Positions 11,044 to 20,000 of a stretch of 20,000 nt of DNA are shown one piece after another; the stretch's first letter is position 1; each line of letters starts with the position of its first letter. Location of the stretch: the NCBI RefSeq assembly GCF_000485595.1, contig NW_014577082.1, positions 423,349 to 443,348 of the forward strand, read 5' to 3'. A program made the position numbers and the translations under genes. The notes beneath the pieces are model-generated. The model did no database searches. It was not told the DNA's origin and was given only the letters and a program-made list of their open reading frames with translations. The DNA is from Priapulus caudatus. Its lineage: Eukaryota.

Positions 11044-11138
11044 CAGGGTTTTCATTATCTTTTATAGTAACAGGCCGAAATGCTTTTGCAACAGGCCGTG
11101 GGGGAGTGCGGGCGGGGGGTTTGGGGGTACCCTAGATG
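11044..11138 (+). repeat. 95-bp direct repeat, copy 2; hAT-like MITE left end
   Basis: Copy of 9958-10052. Continues into CTCTGAGATGCAATCTGG; the right end is not clearly defined. Confidence 0.8.
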
Positions 11139-12014
11139 CTCTGAGATGCAATCTGGTGTATTCTGAGCTGCAGTAAACAGACACATTTGGATTACAGTAT
11201 GGCCCTTTTTTCCAATTTGGTTTCTCCAGGTACATTCAGAGTTCACCAAAAGTTTCCAAATTATGACGATTTAGTAATTATAAGAGTTAGACAATTAAGT
11301 ACGTAAATACTCAAAAACAAAACAATGCTTCTTGTGCACATAACATGCATACAAATATACTCAACTGATTTATTAGTAGTAGCTCATAAAACACTTTCAC
11401 TTTGGAGAATAATTAGAGCAAACTAACCGTGAGCGCAAGCCGTGGACAGTGTGGTTAGTAGCTGCCTTTTGTTTCAAATAGCTTCCTCGCCGCATGGATT
11501 TTGCTGGCAACAGAATTGAAAATCGTGTCGTACGTTTTAGTCTGTATCTCCGGATTGAGGGTGTATACTAGAAAACGATTTCACACGATGGGAAGAGGAT
11601 GTACTGTGTACGATTTGAGCTCAAGTTGGTTGCGTTACGCGTAGTAAATCGTAGGTATTTTAAGGCTAGTAAATGACGAATTTCCCTTGCTTATTGATGT
11701 CACACTCCTCCCTATTATCTACTCCTGATGCAATGTAGTTCTACAATACACCTTAATGCATGGTTCTATGCTGCCGTTAGGTCGTTATGATAATATGAAT
11801 GATAAGTACGACAGATGAACTAGGACCCACACATATGAAGCAAACTATATATCTCTATTGTGTTTCGAGTTCCAAACATTTAACGTACGACAATAATATT
11901 ATCATCCATCGTGTTTGTAACTTAGATATCCCCTGAACTAGTATACTGGTAACTGGTGATGTTAATATATTCTGTGTTACATGCTTATAAAACTTTCAGG
12001 TTGTGTGAGTAGAA

Positions 12015-14069
12015 ATGTCATCCTCAGCACGTAAGCTTGCGCCGGCTTGGCGTAGTGGTATGTGGTTTGACATGCTACCTGAACACTACAAGGCACGATA
12101 CTGGGAATCAAGGACAAGACAACCAATCCCAGTGCATTGGATTCCAAACAAAGACAAATATATGATACATCCGAAAAATGGACAAAAGTATAATTTTGTA
12201 AAACTGAAACATTTATAAATAATGCAGGTTTTATGTTGAAAACTTAGGTATCTCTACTGTTAGATACCTATTTTTAGATCTTTTAGGAACTGCAAGGCGA
12301 AACTGTTTGGGATGCTGTAGTTTCTAGACATGGATGTAGTTATTTTATGTAGTTTTTATTCTGTTATTTTATCCAACGTTTCTTCTAGGGTACGAATTGA
12401 AGACGTCCCAATACCTGTAAAGTACCCAAAAGAATGTGATGAAGGATTGTGGGGAGGTGAAGGTGTGGTCAAAGGATTTCAGAAACGTCATCCTCTAAGG
12501 AGAAGGTATGTAACTTTCTACAGTTTGTTTTGTTCTGTTATAAAAGAATGCATCATAAGTTCTTCACAAATCAAAATATCGCAGGGTTCCACATTACTGG
12601 ATACCATCACTGAAGAAGAAGATACTGTACAGTGAGATATTGGATCGATACATGGTCATCACTGTCACCAGCCGCACACTGGACCTGATTGATGAGGCAT
12701 ATGGATTTGATCACTATATATTAAAGGTAAATTAAAGGGCACGAGTGAAGGGTCATATATGTTGTATAGTTTTGCAAACTAATTCTTCATAATTAGGACA
12801 GATGATTTTAATATTTTGTTGGTATGTGTATTTGTATAATATAGCATGTTTCATTGTAGACCCATCAAGTGGACTTGAAGTCTGATCTTGGAATGACTTT
12901 AAAGAGGGAAATGCTTCTAGCGCTTGCTCAGAAGACTTATTATCCAGATGATCCTGCTAGACAAGCAAAAATACTAAAAAAATATGGGAAATATATGATA
13001 CTGGTAAGTGATACTTGATTCTGTATGTATTAATTTCTACATAAATCCCTATGATATTTGTTCATTACGCTACGAGTCACTGCTTTGCTATATATACAAT
13101 TATGATTACGTGGCAGATTAAACTCTTCCCTTCGTAGTATGAAAGTTTGTTGCATGAATATATCAATGACCTACCACCCATATGATCCCCATTCACACTC
13201 GTGGAACTTTAATAGCTATTTACCTAGCAAACAAGACTCAAGTGACCCACTGAAAAACTAAACTTAATTATAACAATATAACATTGGTGTTAGATCTCAA
13301 GAATTCCCCTAGTCTTGGGTTAAAAAGAACTCGATTAGTGGTTTTTGATTATTGATTATAATGAAGTATTTTAATTTCCTGCAGGAAGAGGAGGCAGAAT
13401 GGATAGGTTATTCCTTGAAAGATGCGATCATAAAGATCCGACTACAACTAGACGACAAAAAGCCAGTACCGTTGAAAGAAAAATATAAGGCAGAGTTGCT
13501 CGAACAATTAGCAGGTAACATAAATTCCTATAAATTGCACTCAACTCTCAACCACCGGTCATGGATGTTATAAAACTAGACACCTTTACATGGATTTAGA
13601 GAACAACTCACCCAACTGCTATTGACTTAAGAAATACTCATTCAACTTCACACTTAAAAGAACCATTTTCGTGGTGGTTTTCAGATGCTAGTCACAAAGA
13701 TAAGTCTTCAGACCAAGAAACGTAAGTTTTACTAATGAGCCTTCTGTTCTGTTCATAAAGGAATGTTTGTAAGCAGCCAGATTTTTGATAAACAGCATTA
13801 TGCAATTAGATGGCAACTTTTAATTATCTGTCATGTTTTCATATTATCCAGTACCGTACAATATAGCATGACCACAGAATATGCAAGATGTGCAATGGGA
13901 TTGGTGAATCAATTAAAAAGGTCATGTGATATGTGAATATGATGTCAGATGATAAATTAAAAATTCCGTGTAGATGGCATCGTGATTAAGTGGAATTGTG
14001 CAATTCTTTTTATCTAGGAAATCATGGATTTCCCGCATAAGCCCATTCGGTGGAAAGTCGGAGAGCTAA
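12015..14069 (+). CDS. MRPL28: Mitochondrial large-subunit ribosomal protein L28 (bL28m), 7 coding exons, 264 aa
   Basis: Exons 12015-12187, 12389-12505, 12585-12726, 12860-13003, 13385-13514, 13685-13721, 14018-14069. All introns are GT-AG and phases are consistent (795 nt including TAA). Motifs [56 protein letters not shown] and EEEAEWIG match MRPL28 as I know it. The last two small exons are less certain. An acceptor at 11998-11999 suggests a 5'UTR intron. Confidence 0.95.
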
Positions 14070-14381
14070 CACTGTACATGTGGTTTGAGAGAGCTAAGCA
14101 TCCCAACACCTTTGAAACAGTTATATCTATGTAGTGATAGTCACCAATCATTAAGATTGTAGATCACTAAAGGATTATCTAGCCAAGATTGATACAAGTA
14201 TTAGTTTTCATACCTGCATGTATATAGTTCATTATAGTTCATTATATTATGAATTCATGTTCAAATAGTAGATGTGGAATTTATATGCGAAGTCAGGCTA
14301 CGGGAATATCTCGTAGTGAATACTGCCACAATTTCAAGTGACTGTTTTTACACAGTTTATGTCAGATCAGAAAAACGATAA

Positions 14382-14387
14382 AATAAA
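14382..14387 (+). promoter_or_regulatory. Candidate polyadenylation signal of MRPL28
   Basis: First AATAAA I see downstream of the MRPL28 stop codon. Confidence 0.5.
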
Positions 14388-14451
14388 GCCAAGTGCATAA
14401 AATGTGCATTCCTATAACAGGTAGTTTTTTTTTACTTCGTATAAATACAGC

Positions 14452-16594
14452 TTATGCATCTCCTCCCTCAACAGTAGTCTTCTCAGAGACGTACACTCCA
14501 TCCAGGAACTTTCTGATGTCCTTGTTCTTCACAGTTGTAGATTGCTGAATACGGGCAGCTGAAATGTAACCAGAAATGGCTTCATTAAAAAAGTGCAAGG
14601 TAAAATTGTTGGCTAACCAGATAAACCAAATTGCAATAACTGGTTACACAATTGCCAAATTTAACTTTGAGGTTATGAAAATGTTTAACAATGAATGAGT
14701 TCATTCTAAAATCTCAGTCTTAAATGTATTAGTAACACAACCAATCACAGATTTGCGAATAATAATCGAAATCATATTAGATTGTCGATTAATGCATTTT
14801 TTGATAAAAATTTGTAAGTAAAATGCAATCGTTTAGACTTCTGGATTTTAATAGGGAACATACATCTATCACATATCTAACCAGAACTTAACAGCTATCA
14901 ACGTAAATGAAAAACGAGTATCAAGTGTAATTCATTAGTAACATTTTTGAGAAAACAATATTGCGCATATGCTGCTAATACAGTTTCGATATAGAAAATA
15001 ATAATTGACCGTGGGCATAAGATACGAGGTTAAAATTCACACGACCACACTAAGATTTATGGGACACAAGGGTATATCTAAATCTTACCGGCTTGTGAAA
15101 CCAGCTCGATGCTATTGCCCTCCAGAATAATCTCATCTTTCTGGTTGGTAGAGTTGCTGCATTTAACTCCTTCAGGCATGGTCACTCGCCGAATGTACTT
15201 CTCACCAAGGAAGTTCCTGATTTCAACCAAGCTATTTTGTTCGCTGATTGAAATGTTGATGGGGAAATGGGCATATACTGAACGCATCTTGTACAGGAAT
15301 CCCTACAATGATAAAATACAGCTTGCATTATACTATTTTAACTTGCATAACAATTAAACTATTTTGCAAGTTAATAAAACCAACTGGTCCATCGAAGTGA
15401 AGTTATAACTTTGGTAAAATAACTGTTCAGAATAGCATTAAGAATATAGAAGTTCAAAGGCCAAATATGGCTTTGATACTATAAACCTATAAATTTCAGC
15501 CCTTAGATAAGAAGTTACAAATGGGAGAAGGAAAGTAAAACTTATTACCTCCGCCCAACGGAGTTGGAGGAGGTTATGGTTTCGCTCTCGTGTGTTCGTG
15601 TGTTCGCGCGATCGATATTAGCCAGCCAGCCAGCCAGCCAGCAAGCCGCGGCGTATGGCGTTGGCGGTCGATCGATATCACCCCGCGGGCCAGCGAGTCA
15701 GCAAGCCAGCGAGCACATGTGAGCGAGCAGCAGCAACGAGCGAGCGAGCAGCAAGCCAGCGTGTACATGTCAGTACGCTGGCGTATATTGTGGGTTATTC
15801 GTGTGTCCGTGAGTCGTATGGCGTTAGCGGAGGTATGCACTCTCCGTGAGTGCACTCTGTCTAGTTATGTATGCAATTATCATTAGGGAAGGCTACACAG
15901 CTGCTCTGTAACGTATTACCAGCAAAGTAGGTATGTTTTGATATCAGGCAGTTCTGGTATGTTTGTTATAAAACTTAAAATGCTATTCGACTAGCTGATT
16001 GGCAACCCAAGACTCCACATGACATATTAACTGTTGAACTTGTTTCCAGTCTTGGAAATGTCTGAACATCAAACCACTCCCGATTTCAAAAATTTAGTTT
16101 TCGACTATATAACCTATATTAGTACAATTCATAGAAATAGTCAGTCGTGCTTAAAAGTGACCAGTACCAGACTTGGAAACGGGCTACCATTTCCATCACT
16201 GGTTTTACTGTATAAATGACTTAATGGCCCTTGACCTGTGCATAACCTATTTCACCATCCCACCACTAACTCTGACTTGCATTTACATTCACACACATTA
16301 TTATATAATTCATATATTCATCCATTACTTTAGTCACACCCTTAAGCATGTTCTCAATGTGACCGTAATTCATATATTCATCAATTACCTTAGTCACACC
16401 CTTAATCATGTTCTCAATGTGACTGCAGACAGTTCTGACAACAGCCAACTCCTTACGGATGCCGAACCACTTCTCCACGATCAACTGACTGCCGCTGACC
16501 ATCTTCATGTCCACTGGAATATGTTTGAAGCTTCTCGACAGGGTTCCTCGGGGTCCTTTTATCGTCACCCTGCGTGACTTAACGCTGACCTTCA
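14452..16594 (-). CDS. RPL9: 60S ribosomal protein L9 (uL6), 5'-partial (first coding exon not in window)
   Basis: Minus-strand exons 16594-16389, 15302-15089, 14558-14452 (TAA), GT-AG introns, consistent phases. Peptides [68 protein letters not shown] and [24 protein letters not shown] are diagnostic of eukaryotic RPL9. Confidence 0.97.
15542..15866 (+). mobile_element. Helentron-associated non-autonomous element (HINE/DINE-1-like) in an RPL9 intron
   Basis: 5' TTATTACCTCCGCC...GGAGGTTATG; subterminal IR TACCTCCGC (15546-15554) / GCGGAGGTA (15827-15835); internal (AGCC)n/(GAGC)n microsatellite; 3' hairpin GCACTC-TCCGT-GAGTGC followed by CTAGTT. Confidence 0.75.
16306..16423. repeat. 60-bp tandem duplication spanning an RPL9 exon end and 5' splice site
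   Basis: 16306-16365 vs 16366-16423, near-identical. Confidence 0.92.
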
Positions 16595-17708
16595 CTGCAA
16601 TGAAACAAGAAATATAAAGTAAAACACACACGTCAAACCCCTCTACGCCCATTCACTTAACAACAATTGCCAATATTAAAAGCACTACAATTTATTATTA
16701 TTTACATATTTCACATGGGGGAGTATAGTAATAAATTTCCGATTTTCCGAAACATGCATATCTGCTGGCAGAGGAAAAGTAGCCTCGCCTCTTCCTCTGC
16801 TTAATACGATCGGTAGCCTCGGCCAATTCGAGCTGCAGTAGTCCTGTTCATAATTAAATCTACCACTTTTCTCATTAATTGATTTACTGGTTGATATAGA
16901 ATCTGTATAGGTCCTGCTAGTGTGCAAGCTCATTTCGAATTACTAATAATGTCTCTAATCAACTTCACACTTGGGAAAAATCAGAAGCAGGCATCGATCT
17001 GTTAAGTTTCAATGATGGTGAAGTTATTTATTCGATGAACTAATGTGCGTATCTTGCTGGCCTTCTAATGCTTTTGTCTTCCAAAGAACAAACAGTACAA
17101 TGCAAAACCTGAAACAAATGTGATTATGCGTGTTGTACAGCTGTACCACACTGGCTGTAATAATACATACACACATGGTACATGTACCACACAATGGTGT
17201 TTAACTCTTCACCAATCTAGACTAATATAATCAAATCTAATGATAGTATTAAATATTAATGGAGGTGATACCACTTTCATACTATCGTTGGAAATTACAC
17301 CCATAAGCTTTTTACCAACATTACGACGAATTCAAGTAGAGCTGCTAAGCAATGTTTAATCTCCACGGCCAAAACACAACTTGGTGGATGTGCTGACTGG
17401 CCATATTATAATTATGATGTGTGTGGCAATTGGTCTAGAGGTGAAACTAAATTCTTGTTTTCATGAGTATGCTTGACAATTCCCATGAACTTGCGGTGCA
17501 TTGGCTAGTAGTACAAGTACATCTACATACAATTTAAAATGCTAAAATCAGTCAATGTCAACAAACGTAACTTACACTGTCACTAATTAACAATATGGAC
17601 AGCCGCCAACTCGGTACGCAAGTTAGATTTCTCTACAGTCATTGCGACTACCTTTGTCACAGTACCAGTGTATTAAGAGTTATAACACTACTGTCACTGT
17701 ATAAGACA

Positions 17709-18962
17709 GTGGGAAGTGTGTATGGGCGGTATCGCTTTAGCCTGTTCCCGCTGCCAGTATCATAACACGAAGTGGCTTGTGCTCCGGTAACCGGACCACG
17801 AATCCGTGCTCCGGCAATCCCAGAATGCACTGCAAAGTCATGCAGAGCATTTCTCATCACAAAAATTACGGCACACAAACCTTTAGATACAATAATGTAA
17901 CCCAAACACAAGATAGGGTTACAACGCGAGCTTATTCTTTTCTTTGGAGGAACCCCTGAGTGAATCACTCAGGGCGGTTTGCTGATGCGTTTTTAGAGAC
18001 TAGAACTTTTAAACTGGGTTTATTCTAAACACAAACCTTTCTCCGCTATCCTGAAACTTACTATGTATCACAATACTCTGTATTAAACTATTATAACCGG
18101 TTACAAAATTTCGAAGTGACGAGCGGTGATATTTCGAGCGGCATTTTGTTGACCTGTGACGTACAGATTCCCAATGCGCATAGCGTTCGGCTAACTTTGT
18201 CATGACGTCATGACTGAAAGCAGGCATCCCATGATACATTCAATCTTGGAGTTGAAGTTAGCCAAACGCTATGCGCATTGAGAATCTGTACGTCACAGGT
18301 CAACAAAATGGGCGCTCGAAATATCACCGCTCAGCACTTCGAAATTTTGTAACCGGTTATAATAGTTTAATACAGAATATTGTGATACATAGTAAGTTCC
18401 AGGATAGCGGAGAAAGGTTCGTGTTTAGAATAAACCCAGTTTGGAAGTTCTAGTCTCTGAAAATGCACCAGCAAACCGCACCGAGTGATTCACTGGATCT
18501 GGATAGTTTACTGCGTAGCCCACGGTTACGTGGATAATAACGCAGGGCTATAGCTAGACATGGGGTGTGACCTAGCTTGGGTAAAGCCAGGTAGTTAGCC
18601 AGCCTTTTAGCCGAATGGCACTGAGGGTGGTCACAGCCAGAGTTCCTTTGCGCCCTCAGTGGTTCTTTCCCATTGGCTAGTATTTCTATTCACTCAGGGG
18701 TTCCTCCAAAGAAAAGAATAGGCCTGCGTTGTAACCCTATCCTGTGTTTGAGTTACATTAAATCATTATTGTGTTGTATCTAACGAACTTTGTATGTTTT
18801 TTTTTGTTGGGCTGCTAAGAAAAGAGGTTAGGGTTCAGGTTAGGGCACAGGGAAGTCAAATTTGAATTATGATTTGAAAAAGCATGACTTGAAATCCGGT
18901 CCGGTTACCGGAGCAAGAGCCACTGGCATCATCATAACTCATAAGTCATAACACTTTCCACA
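17709..18962. mobile_element. Nested foldback/MITE with long inverted arms, upstream of the first visible RPL9 exon
   Basis: Inner arms ~17960-18197 / 18255-18493 are near-perfect. Middle arms ~17892-17965 / 18688-18760. Outer arms ~17771-17797 / 18898-18924. A weaker match extends out to ~17709/18962. Confidence 0.8.
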
Positions 18963-19235
18963 GGCACTTGAAGCGTTTCAATAAAATATAATGCTAAATA
19001 AATAGGAAATCTATTTACTACCAAATTCTTAATGTTTCTATACTCTCTTTCACCTATTATTGCCGTCTAAATGCTCATCTGTAAACACACGCCGCCGCCA
19101 TTGCTGCTGCGCTGCACACTGACACATAAATATATAGCAGGTAAGAAAGCGTGCGCCAGAAATTCGCTCGACGCTCGCTGCATTTCACATGATTACAACA
19201 CAAAAACTCAACCTTCCGACTCCATCTTTGCTGCC

Positions 19236-19790
19236 GCACGTACAGTGCGTGCATGCGTTCGTGGTGAGTCTGTACCTACACGTGCGTCATGCGTGCCGTG
19301 GTGCACGTACACGTTCGGCGTGCGTGCTGGCCTGCTTGTGCAGGTACACGTGTGTGCCATGTATGCGTGCGTGACGTACGTACGTGCGTGTGCTGTGCAG
19401 GTCACACGTGCGTGCAGTGCGTGCCCAATGCATCGCTGCCCCGTTAGACGTGCGTCGGCGTGCGTGCGTGCGGGTGCACGTACACGCTGCGCTGCATGCG
19501 TGCGTGTGCACGTACACCGTGCGTGCATGAGTGTGTTGCGTGACGTGCTGCAAAATACACGTGCGCCTGCCAAGTTGCGCGCGTGTGCAAGTACACGTCG
19601 ATTGGCGTCTGTGGCGTGCGCGCGTGTGGCATGGCACGTAGGCGACTTGCGTGCGCGTGCCATGCGTGTGCACGTGGCACGTGCGTGCGTGGCGTGTGCA
19701 CGTACAGTGTGTGCCATAGTGTTGCGTGCGTTGTGCAAGTACGCTGTGCGTGGCGTGCCGCTGTGTACGTACATCGGCACTAGCTGCTGC
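19236..19790. repeat. Low-complexity alternating purine-pyrimidine tract (TGCG/CGTG/CACG/TGCA)
   Basis: Directly visible; no fixed unit. Confidence 0.85.
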
Positions 19791-19803
19791 CGGCCTACGG
19801 TGG

Positions 19804-19962
19804 GGTTAAGATAACTCGAGTTAAGCTGATCTACACGGGCCTTATCTCGAGTAAGGTAACTCGAGTTAGCTAAACCTCGATCGACTGGCGGTTAAGCTCA
19901 ACTCGCAGTTAACGGCTCAACTCGACCGGTTACCTTAACATATCAGGCCCGTGTAGCGCTTA
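19804..19962. repeat. Degenerate palindromic repeat with AACTCGAGTT subrepeats (probable MITE fragment)
   Basis: CTACACGGGCCT (~19830) vs AGGCCCGTGTAG (~19945); repeated TAACTCGAGTTA-like motifs. Confidence 0.5.
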
Positions 19963-20000
19963 ACTTTCGACGTTTAAGCGTTCGGTCGTTGTAAACGTAG

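Noticed and set aside
16141..16199. Possible intronic C/D snoRNA in RPL9 (minus-strand GTGATGG...CTGA)
   Set aside because: Non-consensus C box, no convincing terminal stem, no recognisable rRNA guide. Other TGATGA boxes (~17855, ~18930) fall inside the foldback element. H/ACA snoRNAs cannot be excluded without a covariance-model search.
18009..18453. Two similar ORFs on opposite strands (likewise 6613-6855 / 7238-7420)
   Set aside because: Similarity arises simply from inverted-repeat arms.
19071..19814. 247-aa ORF and overlapping ORFs on both strands
   Set aside because: Product of a stop-poor low-complexity tract (C/V/R/A/H/T-rich); no recognisable domain.

Overview
Eukaryotic (invertebrate-like, GT-AG spliced) genomic DNA. 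Bases 1-~11.7 kb hold no supportable protein-coding gene. They are a dense, nested patchwork of non-autonomous TIR elements (Harbinger-, Kolobok-, Mutator-, piggyBac- and hAT-like, judged from termini and target-site duplications) and one solo LTR. They also include a noisy, probably long-read-filled segment around a 25-N gap. The right half holds two convergent ribosomal-protein genes: a complete 7-coding-exon MRPL28 (+, 12015-14069, 264 aa) and RPL9 (-, three coding exons, 16594-14452; first coding exon not found in the window). RPL9 introns carry a Helentron-associated (HINE-like) element, a ~1.25 kb foldback element and a 60-bp duplication of a splice donor. I see no convincing new biological system. 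The most interesting items are the in-frame duplicated RPL9 donor, a 47-bp TIR micro-element with an 8-bp TSD, and telomere-repeat-bearing MITEs.
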